Below are positions 28,050-36,775 of a DNA stretch of 64,000 nucleotides, one piece after another. The translations under genes were made by a program, and so were the position numbers. The number at the start of each line of letters is the position of its first letter. The stretch's first letter is position 1. Source of the stretch: Gemmatimonadales bacterium. GTDB taxonomy: Bacteria; Gemmatimonadota; Gemmatimonadetes; Gemmatimonadales; GWC2-71-9. The notes below the pieces were generated by a model. That model was given only the letters and a program-made list of their open reading frames with translations, was not told where the DNA came from and made no database searches. The DNA lies in assembly GCA_036558345.1 (NCBI GenBank), contig DATBFV010000098.1:11513-75512 (forward strand), read 5' to 3'.

Positions 28050-28820
28050 TCAGTCACCCTTCAAGAAATGACCGTACCAGGCGACGATCGCGTCACCAAA
28101 CACAAATGCCACGGCGGCGCCTACCGCGAGGAATACCCCGAAGGGTACCAGTCGCTTCTTCTTGATAGATAACGGAATGAAGATGAGCGACCCAAGCGCG
28201 GCGCCCGCGAAAACGGTGAGGAGCACACCCTGCCAGCCGACAAAGCTCCCGACCATTGCCATCATCTTCACGTCTCCGCCACCCATCGCATCTTCCTTGA
28301 ACACCCACGTGCCGGCCACGCCTACCAGCCACAGCAACACAAAGCCCACGGCGGCGCCGAGCAGCGCCGTGAGAAATCCGTGCACGCCGCCGCCGAGCGC
28401 GAGCAGCAAACCGATGACGAGCCCGCCCCACGTGAACTCGTCCGGAATGAGGTAGTGGCGGGCATCGGTGATCGCGATGCCGAGGAGGATCGTTCCCAAC
28501 AGGGCCGCGCTCACCGCGCGCAGCGTCGGTCCGTATACAAACACGGAGACGCCGAAGAGCGCGCCGACGAGCGCTTCGATCAGTGGATACTGCTTCGAAA
28601 TGGGATTGTGGCACCACCGGCATTTGCCCCGGAGCCACAGCCAGGAGAACAGCGGGATGTTGTCGCGCCAGGCGATGGGCTGCTTGCAGTTGGGACAGGT
28701 CGAGCGAGGCCGCACCAGCGACTGATCGCGCGGCAGGCGAAGAATACAGACGTTGAGGAAGCTGCCGACGCACAGGCCGAGGAGGACGGCGCCGCCGACG
28801 ATCACGAGATCAGCGCCCAC
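28050..28820 (-). CDS. prepilin peptidase (A24 family)
   Basis: CPNCKQPIAWRDNIPLFSWLWLRGKCRWCHNPISKQYPLIE zinc-ribbon region. Polytopic membrane core with the conserved Asp contexts (ITDARHYLIPDE; MGGGDVKMMAMVG). Confidence 0.85.
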   Translation of the reverse strand: MGADLVIVGGAVLLGLCVGSFLNVCILRLPRDQSLVRPRSTCPNCKQPIAWRDNIPLFSWLWLRGKCRWCHNPISKQYPLIEALVGALFGVSVFVYGPTLRAVSAALLGTILLGIAITDARHYLIPDEFTWGGLVIGLLLALGGGVHGFLTALLGAAVGFVLLWLVGVAGTWVFKEDAMGGGDVKMMAMVGSFVGWQGVLLTVFAGAALGSLIFIPLSIKKKRLVPFGVFLAVGAAVAFVFGDAIVAWYGHFLKGD

Positions 28821-29607
28821 GCAGCACCTCGTAGAGCAGGATGCCGGCGGCCACGGCCACGTTCAGCGACTCGGCGCCGCGCGCCAGCGGGATCGCAACC
28901 CGCTGCGCGGCAATGGCATTGAGCTGCGGGCGAATCCCCGCTCCTTCGTTGCCCACAATCACCGCAATGAGCTCCTTGCGTGAATCGCTCATATCGAGTG
29001 CCCGCGGCAGCGGCACACCGTCCGCCGCCGCGGCCCACAGCGTGAGACCGTGCTCGCGTGCCCACGTGATGAACGGTGCATCATCGAGCTGTACGACCGG
29101 ATGGCGAAATGTCGCGCCCATCGCGGCGCGGAGCGCTTTCGCATTCAGCGGATCGGCGCTGCCGCGGAGCAACAGACTCGCTGCGGCGCCGAGCGCATGT
29201 GCTGTGCGAATCAACGTCCCGACGTTTCCCGGATCCTGCACGCCGTCGATGACGAGCAACGGTCCACCTGGAATCTCCGCTAGCGTCCACAGGCGCGGCT
29301 GCACAATCGCCAGCACACCTTGCGGCGTATCGGTGCCGGCGAGATCGGCGAACGCCCGTGATCCCACCTCTTCGACCGGCACCGCGTGATTGGCCAGCTC
29401 CGTCGCGAGGGTCTGGCCGCGTGTGGTGCGCGCGAGCTCGGGGGCCACGAGCGCACCTTTGAACTCGAGGCCCGCGAGAAGCGCCTCTTCGACCAGGCGA
29501 ACGCCCTCGATCACGGCCAGACCGCGCCGGCCCCGGGCCTTGCGGCGTTGGAGATCGCGAACGCTCGACTGCAGATTACTGCTGATGCGGCCTCTTGTGC
29601 TGGTCAC
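28810..29607 (-). CDS. TrmH/SpoU-family RNA 2'-O-methyltransferase
   Basis: DGVQDPGNVGTLIRTAHALG...IVGNEGAGI...IPLARGAESLNVAVAAGILLYE. 265 aa. Confidence 0.85.
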   Translation of the reverse strand: MTSTRGRISSNLQSSVRDLQRRKARGRRGLAVIEGVRLVEEALLAGLEFKGALVAPELARTTRGQTLATELANHAVPVEEVGSRAFADLAGTDTPQGVLAIVQPRLWTLAEIPGGPLLVIDGVQDPGNVGTLIRTAHALGAAASLLLRGSADPLNAKALRAAMGATFRHPVVQLDDAPFITWAREHGLTLWAAAADGVPLPRALDMSDSRKELIAVIVGNEGAGIRPQLNAIAAQRVAIPLARGAESLNVAVAAGILLYEVLRGR

Positions 29608-29636
29608 GTGTCACCTAAGATGACCTTGCCCAATTC

Positions 29637-30452
29637 ATGAGGATAGCCCTCACGATCGGCGGCTCGGACTCGGGGGGCGCCGCGGGCATTCAGGCCGACC
29701 TCAAGACCTTCCATCAGTTCGGGGTCTACGGCACGAGCGCGATCACCGCCGTGACCGCGCAGAACACGAGGGGCGTCACCGATTGGCAGGCCATGCCCCC
29801 GGCCCTGGTCGCGAAGCAGATCGATGCGCTCGCGGCGGACTTGCGACCCGGCGCGTTGAAAAGCGGCATGTTGGGGTCTGGAGAGATCGTCGAGACCGTC
29901 GCAGAGCGCATCGCGCGCCACCGCCTGACCACCTACGTGCTGGACCCGGTGATGGTGGCGACATCGGGTGACCGGTTGCTCGATCGCGATGCGGAGCAAC
30001 TGATCGCGCGCCGGCTCGCGCCCCTCGCGCTCCTCGTGGCGCCGAACCTGAATGAAGTCGAAATCCTCGTCGGCGAGGAGGTGCGGACACCGGATCAGAT
30101 GGAGCGGGCCGGACGCGCGCTGGTGAGCATGGGCGCGCGCGCCGCGCTCGTGAAGGGTGGCCATCTCGCCGGCGCCGCGCTGGTCGACGTGCTGGTCCAC
30201 GAGAGTGGCGTGCGACGTTTCACCCACGAGCGTATCGACACGACCTCGACGCACGGCACCGGGTGCACGCTCTCGGCCGCGATCACGGCGGGACTCGCGC
30301 TCGGCCGGCCGCTCGAGCAGGCGGTGGCGGACGGGTTGGACTTCGTGCACCGCGCCATTGCCGCGGCGCCGGGGCTCGGAAGCAACGAGGGGCACGGGCC
30401 ACTCAACCACTTTGTGCCCGCGCCCCCCCGACCACCAACGGAAGGCTTCTAG
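29637..30452 (+). CDS. thiD: hydroxymethylpyrimidine/phosphomethylpyrimidine kinase
   Basis: ALTIGGSDSGGAAGIQADLKTFHQFGVYGTSAITAVTAQNT...LKSGML...DPVMVATSG...THGTGCTLSAAITAGLA. Confidence 0.9.
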   Translation: MRIALTIGGSDSGGAAGIQADLKTFHQFGVYGTSAITAVTAQNTRGVTDWQAMPPALVAKQIDALAADLRPGALKSGMLGSGEIVETVAERIARHRLTTYVLDPVMVATSGDRLLDRDAEQLIARRLAPLALLVAPNLNEVEILVGEEVRTPDQMERAGRALVSMGARAALVKGGHLAGAALVDVLVHESGVRRFTHERIDTTSTHGTGCTLSAAITAGLALGRPLEQAVADGLDFVHRAIAAAPGLGSNEGHGPLNHFVPAPPRPPTEGF

Positions 30453-30453
30453 C

Positions 30454-33138
30454 TTACGGATTCCACCAGTAGGTGGCCTTCACCATGAAGATGTTTTCCG
30501 CCGGCGCATTCGCCATTCGCCGCATCGACGATCCGAAATTGAATTCGCCGTTCGGCTCGTAATCCGAGCGACTCTGCGTCCACACGAAGTACAGCGTGGA
30601 CCCCGGCATGTACTCCCAGCGCAACACGGCGTTGCCCCGCAGCGATTTGATATTGAAGTCCTGTCGCGCAAACGACATGGGGAGCGCGGGACCGGCACCG
30701 TCCGGATCGACCGTGTACGAGTTCGTCGAATCGACGTAGCTGATCGTCGAGCCGTTGTCGCGGCCGTACCGGATGAAGTCGTTGCTCCGCGCCTTCGCCA
30801 GCTCCTGGTAGTACGGGTACGCGCCCGCCGAGATCAGCGGCTGCATGTACAGCTGGAGCGACAGCTTGGGCGTGTAGGTCCAGTTGAGACGGATCGCGGC
30901 CGACAGCTCAGTCTGATTCAGCCCACCAAAGACGTAGTGACTGTCGTACGTGTTGGGAGCACCGCCCGTCGAGTCGGGAATCGTAGCGACGTACTGATAG
31001 GGCTGCGTCTGCTGATACAGATTCGGACCGAACGCGACCGAGACATTCGCCGCGGGACGGTATTGCACGTTGATGTAGGTCGACCACTCGACGTCCTGCG
31101 ATGAACGGAAATACGTGTAGCCACCAGCGCCCAGCGTCAGCGAGTTGCGACTGTCGGAGCCGAGGTCGATGCCGAACTGGTAGCCCGGCGGCAACAGCAT
31201 AAGCGGCCCGCCGCGCGTGCGGCGATTGTCGACGGTCCAGGGATTGTACGCGATGTTCCAGTTGATCGAGTAGTAATTCTTGAGCTGGATGTAGCCGAAG
31301 TTGAACACCCCAGACCAGTTGATGTTGCCGTCCCAATCGTAATTGCGAAACAGCGCCCCGCCCGTTTCCGCGTAACGGAAGAGCCCTGGCTTGCTCCACC
31401 TGCGCCCGCCGCCGAAATGCATGTTGATGTATCCTGTGCGCGACAGGAATCCGAGGTCGTTGATCTCGAAGCCCGGCGAGATCATGCCGACGGCAGAGTT
31501 CACGAAAGTGTTGCCGCGCTGTTTGGCGAGTGTGAATCGCGCCGCGGTTCCCGTGAGCGACGTCGCGTTGCTGTCGACGCCCAGGCTCGGTGCGTCAGGG
31601 CGCTGGAAATAGTGGACCGAGCTGGTCTGCACCGCGGTCATCCGCTCCCGCGTGCCATCGACGCGAGACGCCGCGACCCACGCCGTGGTCACCCATGTCT
31701 TGGAGGTGTCGAGGAAGATCCAGCCGTCGGTGCCCACGCTGGCCCCGTCGCTGTTGCGGACGAGACGCAGCGCCGGATCGTCGAAGGAACGGCCGGCCAG
31801 CGTCGACATGAAGCCGAGCCCTTGCCTGCCTTTGTCGAATTCCTTCTGCGCCCGATACACGCCATACGCCGAGAGCGGCTCCATTTCCTGGCTCCAGCGC
31901 ACGCCGCTGCCGTCTTCCAGGGTGGCGTGCTCGCGCGCGGTGACGGCGGTGAGCCCCCCGACATTCCAGGTCCCGGCCACCTTACCGGTGAGCTTGACCG
32001 CCCCGAGGATGTGCACGCCGTCAGGCCCATCCACGTATCCGTCGGCGGGCGCTCCCGGCACGGACAATGAGCGTCCGATGCGTCTGCTATAGAAGAAAGT
32101 CGGCCCCGACCAGTTGAACCCCCAGAAGTTGCTCTGGCCTCCGAATCCAAACTCGAAAATCGAAGAGCCCTCTACGAAGAATGGCCGCTTCTCGTTGAAG
32201 TAGGTCTCACGATCGCTCAGGTTCACGATGGCGGGATCCACCTCGACCTGTCCGAAATCGGGATTGACGGTGGCGTTCAGCGTGAGGTTCGAGCCGAGCC
32301 CGATCTTCGCGTCGGCCCCGAACCCTTGGTCGATTTTCGAGCCGTCATTGAACGGGTTGCCAACTGGTTGCTGCGTGAACGCCGCGCGGCTGGTCACGTA
32401 TGGCAGGATTTCGCGACGGCGCGGCGGCTGCACCTGTTCGATGCCGATCAGATCCGGAAACCGCGACACGAAGCCTTGACCATCGCGCGGCGTGTAGACG
32501 ATATAGTCGAATTCGTTCTTGCGCGCGATATCGCGCCGAAAGTTGATGCCCCAGACATACTGGCTCTGCCGGACGAAGCGCAGCTGCGAGTACGGGATAC
32601 GCATTTCCGCGACCCAGCCCTCCGCGTCCCGCGTCACCTTCGCTTCCCACACGCCGTCCCACGTGTTGTCGTCCCAGTCATCGTTGTAGAGTGTGCCGTC
32701 GTACAACGTGCCCGCGGCGTTGACGCCGAAGAAAAAGCCGCTGCGTTTGTCGTGATAAGAGTCGATGTACACCTGGAACAAGTCGGAGCTTGTTCCCTCG
32801 TCACGGCGCGCGAGCCGGGCGACGATCGAATCGGGATGTGAGTCATAGAGTCGCGCGCCGATATACAGCGCGGCGTCGTCATAACTGATGTAGACGACGG
32901 TGCTCTCGGTCGGCACGGCGCCCTGGTTGGGATCACGCTGCGCAAAACCGGTCACCCGCTCGGCGGAGCGCCAGATCGCCTCGTCGAGCACGCCGTTAAT
33001 GTCGACCGATTGCCCGCCAACGAGCCGGACCGCGCGCAGTTGCTGCGGCGCGGGACGCGCGGGTGGTGGTGAATCAACGGGGGCGACAGGCGGCTGATTG
33101 GCCGCCAGAGCGAGCAGCAGCTGGAGCATCGTCGGCAT
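30454..33138 (-). CDS. large outer-membrane/secreted protein, CBM9-like N-terminal domain plus DUF5916-like beta-rich region
   Basis: 894 aa. Signal peptide MPTMLQLLLALAAN. DEAIWRSAERVTGFAQRDPNQGAVPTESTVVYISYDDAALYIGARLYD resembles the carbohydrate-binding family 9 / DUF5916 proteins I recall. Aromatic-rich with an aromatic-rich C-terminal end (TYWWNP). Confidence 0.6.
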   Translation of the reverse strand: MPTMLQLLLALAANQPPVAPVDSPPPARPAPQQLRAVRLVGGQSVDINGVLDEAIWRSAERVTGFAQRDPNQGAVPTESTVVYISYDDAALYIGARLYDSHPDSIVARLARRDEGTSSDLFQVYIDSYHDKRSGFFFGVNAAGTLYDGTLYNDDWDDNTWDGVWEAKVTRDAEGWVAEMRIPYSQLRFVRQSQYVWGINFRRDIARKNEFDYIVYTPRDGQGFVSRFPDLIGIEQVQPPRRREILPYVTSRAAFTQQPVGNPFNDGSKIDQGFGADAKIGLGSNLTLNATVNPDFGQVEVDPAIVNLSDRETYFNEKRPFFVEGSSIFEFGFGGQSNFWGFNWSGPTFFYSRRIGRSLSVPGAPADGYVDGPDGVHILGAVKLTGKVAGTWNVGGLTAVTAREHATLEDGSGVRWSQEMEPLSAYGVYRAQKEFDKGRQGLGFMSTLAGRSFDDPALRLVRNSDGASVGTDGWIFLDTSKTWVTTAWVAASRVDGTRERMTAVQTSSVHYFQRPDAPSLGVDSNATSLTGTAARFTLAKQRGNTFVNSAVGMISPGFEINDLGFLSRTGYINMHFGGGRRWSKPGLFRYAETGGALFRNYDWDGNINWSGVFNFGYIQLKNYYSINWNIAYNPWTVDNRRTRGGPLMLLPPGYQFGIDLGSDSRNSLTLGAGGYTYFRSSQDVEWSTYINVQYRPAANVSVAFGPNLYQQTQPYQYVATIPDSTGGAPNTYDSHYVFGGLNQTELSAAIRLNWTYTPKLSLQLYMQPLISAGAYPYYQELAKARSNDFIRYGRDNGSTISYVDSTNSYTVDPDGAGPALPMSFARQDFNIKSLRGNAVLRWEYMPGSTLYFVWTQSRSDYEPNGEFNFGSSMRRMANAPAENIFMVKATYWWNP

Positions 33139-33270
33139 ATGCGTCCGGGTGCGGTGGTGAAAGGGAATCCCGGTCGCGAACGCTGACGGCGAGCGCGCGG
33201 CGGTTATCGGTTCATATGACAGACGCTGCGGAGAAAAGGTTGCAAGTGAATGGTCAGGAGATGATGGACC

Positions 33271-34107
33271 CTACAGTCGTTTCAACACCCCCGTGAGGAC
33301 GATCGAGAGCTGCCGCGCCACCTGTGCGCTCACGGCCAGCACTTCCTCATGGGAGAGGGCTTCGCCGGTAATGCCCGCCCCCAGGTTCGTAATAGAGGAA
33401 AAGCCCAGGCAGCGGATACCCCGTGAGCGGGCGACGAGCACCTCCGGCACGGTCGACATCCCGACTGCATCCGCCCCCAACCGTTCCAACATCCGCACTT
33501 CAGCCGGCGTCTCGTACGAGGGACCCAGCAGGGCGGCGTAGACTCCCTCTTCCAGGGGAACTTTGGCCTCACGCGCGACATCGCGTGCCAAGGCACGCAG
33601 ATCCGGATCGTATGGCGCGTGCATGATCGGAAAGCGCTGTTCGCCCGGCTCGGGCCGGCCGATCAGGGGGTTACGCCACATCAGATTGATGTGATCGGCG
33701 ATGAGCATCAGCGTACCGCCGCCAAATGTGCGCCGTACTCCTCCGGCGGCGTTTGTCACGATCAGGATTTGGACGCCGAGCTCCGCAAACACGCGCGCCG
33801 GGAGTCCTGCGACGCCGGCGGCGTGTCCCTCATATAGATGAAAGCGGCCGGCTTGTACGATGATCGGCACATGTTCGAGCGTGCCGGCAACCAATTCTCC
33901 CTTGTGCCCCGCAACGCCCGGCTCGGGAAAGCCGGGAATCGTGCTGTACGGAATTCGGATCGGACCGACGACTTCATCGGCCAGAAATCCGAGACCTGAG
34001 CCAAGAACAATCGCCACGCGTGGCTCGTGTTTACCCAAGCGCCCCGCCACGGCAGCAGTCGCGGCAGCGACCGCTCCCTGCGCCCCGCTCCCTACTCCGC
34101 CCCCCAT
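33271..34107 (-). CDS. purine nucleoside phosphorylase (trimeric PunA/PNP type)
   Basis: IVLGSGLG...GHKGELVAG...GRFHLYEGH...GPSYETPAEVRMLERLGADAVGMSTVPEV...ITN. 278 aa. Confidence 0.9.
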   Translation of the reverse strand: MGGGVGSGAQGAVAAATAAVAGRLGKHEPRVAIVLGSGLGFLADEVVGPIRIPYSTIPGFPEPGVAGHKGELVAGTLEHVPIIVQAGRFHLYEGHAAGVAGLPARVFAELGVQILIVTNAAGGVRRTFGGGTLMLIADHINLMWRNPLIGRPEPGEQRFPIMHAPYDPDLRALARDVAREAKVPLEEGVYAALLGPSYETPAEVRMLERLGADAVGMSTVPEVLVARSRGIRCLGFSSITNLGAGITGEALSHEEVLAVSAQVARQLSIVLTGVLKRL

Positions 34108-35528
34108 CAGAGCAGAATTCCTGCCAGCGTCGCGGAGAGAAAGTTTGCGAGCGTTCCCGCGATCATGGCGCGGAAGCCGAGCCGTGCCAGGTCATGCTTG
34201 CGCTCAGGGGCGAGCGCGCCGATGCCGCCGATCTGAATGCCGATCGAGCTGAGGTTCGCGAAGCCGCACAACGCGAACGTCGCGATCGTGAACGACACCG
34301 GGTCGAGGCTGGCCTTCATCGGACCCAGGTGCGCGTAGGCGATGAACTCGTTGATCACCATCCGCTCACCCAGCAGTGATCCCACTGCCCCGCTGTCATG
34401 CCAGGGAACGCCCATGACCCAGGCGATCGGCCGGAAGATCCAGCCGAGCACGGTCTGAATCGTTGCCGGAAACCACGGGACGCCGCTGTGGATCCAGCCG
34501 AACGCGCCGTTCACGAGTGCGATGAGCGCGATGAACGAGATCAGCATCGCGATCACGTTGAGCATCAAATGCAGGCCTTCGCCGGTGCCGCGCGCGGCGG
34601 CATCGAGCACGTTCACGTCTGTCTTGGGAATCTCGACCTTGACTCCGCCGAGTGTCTCCGGGACTTCGGTTTCCGGCTCGAGGATTTTCGCCATCATGAT
34701 CGTTCCAGGCGCCGTCATGATGACGGCGGTGAGCAGGTGGCGCGCCTCGATCCCGAACGCGATATAGGCCGCCATGATCGAGCCCGAGACGTGCGCCATG
34801 CCGGCCGTCATCACCGTCATCAGCTCCGAAAGCGTCATCCGCGGCAGAAACGGCCGGATGGTGAGCGGTGCCTCGGTCTGCCCCATGAAGATCGAAGCCG
34901 CGACGTTCAGGCTCTCCGCCCCGCTCGCGCCCATGATTCTGTTCATCACGATCGCGACCAGCTTTACGACTTGTTGCATGATGCCGAGGTAATACATGAT
35001 CGCGAATAGCGCCGAGACGAAGATGATCGCCGGCATGATCTGAAACGCGAACACGACGCCGAGGCTCGAGTGTTGCTTGCCGATCTCCCCGAACACGAAT
35101 TCCGAGCCGGCGTACGAGAAGCCGAGAATCGTCGTGACAAACGCGCCCAGCGCACGAAAGATCTTTTGGCCGATTGGCACGCGGAGCACGAAAATCGCGA
35201 ATACGAGCTGGAGCCCGAGGCCCCAGGCAACGACACGAGGACTGATCGCCCGCCAGTTGCGCGAGAAGGCGACTCCGATGCCGAGAATCAGGATGAGTCC
35301 AAAGATCCCGGTGAGCCGCGTCCCGAGCGATCGGGTGACCGTCGCCGCGCCGGAATCGGGCGGCGCCGGCTGAGCCTTGGTCGTATCCTGCCGGTGCGTG
35401 GTATCCTGCGTGAAGCCGTGAATCGCCGCGCCGATGGCGCGGTTCATCAAGCGTGGCAGGGTAAAGACGATGACGGCACAGACAAACGTCGCGACAACGG
35501 CTACGACGAAGCGGCGCCAAGGCATCAC
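34107..35528 (-). CDS. nupC: NupC/CNT-family concentrative nucleoside transporter
   Basis: 473 aa polytopic protein. Motifs FAFQIMPAIIFVSALFAIMYYLGIMQ, GQTEAPL, NEFIAY and LCGFAN are typical of the CNT family. Confidence 0.88.
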   Translation of the reverse strand: MMPWRRFVVAVVATFVCAVIVFTLPRLMNRAIGAAIHGFTQDTTHRQDTTKAQPAPPDSGAATVTRSLGTRLTGIFGLILILGIGVAFSRNWRAISPRVVAWGLGLQLVFAIFVLRVPIGQKIFRALGAFVTTILGFSYAGSEFVFGEIGKQHSSLGVVFAFQIMPAIIFVSALFAIMYYLGIMQQVVKLVAIVMNRIMGASGAESLNVAASIFMGQTEAPLTIRPFLPRMTLSELMTVMTAGMAHVSGSIMAAYIAFGIEARHLLTAVIMTAPGTIMMAKILEPETEVPETLGGVKVEIPKTDVNVLDAAARGTGEGLHLMLNVIAMLISFIALIALVNGAFGWIHSGVPWFPATIQTVLGWIFRPIAWVMGVPWHDSGAVGSLLGERMVINEFIAYAHLGPMKASLDPVSFTIATFALCGFANLSSIGIQIGGIGALAPERKHDLARLGFRAMIAGTLANFLSATLAGILL

Positions 35529-36775
35529 GGGGTGCTCCCTCCCAATTCATCGAGTTCGCTCTGCACGCGGGATACCAGCGCAACCTTCTCGTACTCGGGA
35601 AGAAACGCGCTCTCGCAGGCGTTCAACACGACGCGCTGCAGCTCGTCAGGCGAGAGGCCCAGGACGGCATGGGCCAGGAAATACTCGTCCGTCAGCGTGA
35701 TGCCGTCGGTCAGCGGGCCGTCGGTGTTGAGTGTGACGACGACGCCCTGCTGGAAATAGCGCTTGAAGGGATGTTCCGCCACGGACGCCACGACGTGCGT
35801 GTGGACGTTGCTCGTCAGGCACATTTCCAGCGGGATCTTGCGGGCTACGACTTCCTCGAGCAGCGCGGGATCTTCTGCCAGCCTCGTCCCATGCCCAATG
35901 CGCTGCGCGCCGACGTCCTCCAGCGCTTGATGAATCGAGTGGGGCCCATCTCCTTCACCGGCGTGGCAGGTACAGGCCATCCCATGCGCCGCCGCGTACT
36001 CGAATGCGGCGCGGTGGTCCTTCGCGGGATGAGCGCGCTCGGCACCGGCCAAATCGAACGCGATCACGCCCGCCGACTGGTATTCCGCCGCCACGCGCGC
36101 CAATTCGAGGGATTGGGCGGGCGGTTTGGTGCGCATGGCGCAGACAATGAGTCCTACCTTCGTGCCCGTTTCCGCGGCGGCGCGTCTGACCCCGGCCAAC
36201 GGCGCTTCGATGGCCTGCGCAAGAGTCAACGCCGGGCGATGCAACAGCGGCGAGTACCGCACCTCCACGTACCGCACATTCTCCGCTGCCTTGTCGATGA
36301 CGAATTCGTACGCAACACGCTCGAGTGCCTCGGCGGTCTGCAAGACCGACAGCGTGATCTCGTATTTCTCGAGATACTCCTCGAGGTTCCTGGCGTGGCG
36401 CACGAGCATCGCCTTGGCAAGCTCATCCGGCGTATCCGCCGGAAGCCGGATGCCCTGGCGACGCGCGAGGTCCAGCATCGTGGCCGGCCGCAGCGCCCCG
36501 TCGAGGTGCACGTGGAGCTCGGCCTTGGGCCAGCGCTTGAGCGCCTCCTTGGTGAGTCGCGGCTTGTCCGAGCGCCGTGCCGAGACGACGACCCGATAGA
36601 CGGACCCGGCCTCCCCCACCGCGTCCCCAGCGTCGATCGTTCTGCCCGCCGCGTCGGTGACATAGGCTGCACCATCGAGCAGCCGAGCGAGCCCGTCGTC
36701 CGCCTGTGCGACCGCGTCGCGCACGCGAGCTCCGCGCGGGACTTCGACCGCTTTGTCGTTGACGAAAACCCGCAT
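35525..36775 (-). CDS. add: adenosine deaminase with about 70-aa N-terminal beta-grasp (ThiS/ubiquitin-like) extension
   Basis: Core PKAELHVHLDGALRPATMLDLARRQG...HAGE...TLNTDGP.... The N-terminus MRVFVNDKAVEVPRGARVRDAVAQ...GSVYRVVV follows the ThiS-like pattern. Confidence 0.88.
   Translation of the reverse strand: MRVFVNDKAVEVPRGARVRDAVAQADDGLARLLDGAAYVTDAAGRTIDAGDAVGEAGSVYRVVVSARRSDKPRLTKEALKRWPKAELHVHLDGALRPATMLDLARRQGIRLPADTPDELAKAMLVRHARNLEEYLEKYEITLSVLQTAEALERVAYEFVIDKAAENVRYVEVRYSPLLHRPALTLAQAIEAPLAGVRRAAAETGTKVGLIVCAMRTKPPAQSLELARVAAEYQSAGVIAFDLAGAERAHPAKDHRAAFEYAAAHGMACTCHAGEGDGPHSIHQALEDVGAQRIGHGTRLAEDPALLEEVVARKIPLEMCLTSNVHTHVVASVAEHPFKRYFQQGVVVTLNTDGPLTDGITLTDEYFLAHAVLGLSPDELQRVVLNACESAFLPEYEKVALVSRVQSELDELGGSTP

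Noticed and set aside
34396-35583. 395-aa ORF in an alternative frame of the nupC gene, same strand
   Set aside because: The translation is Arg/Asp/His/Gly-rich junk, whereas the 473-aa frame gives a coherent polytopic transporter.
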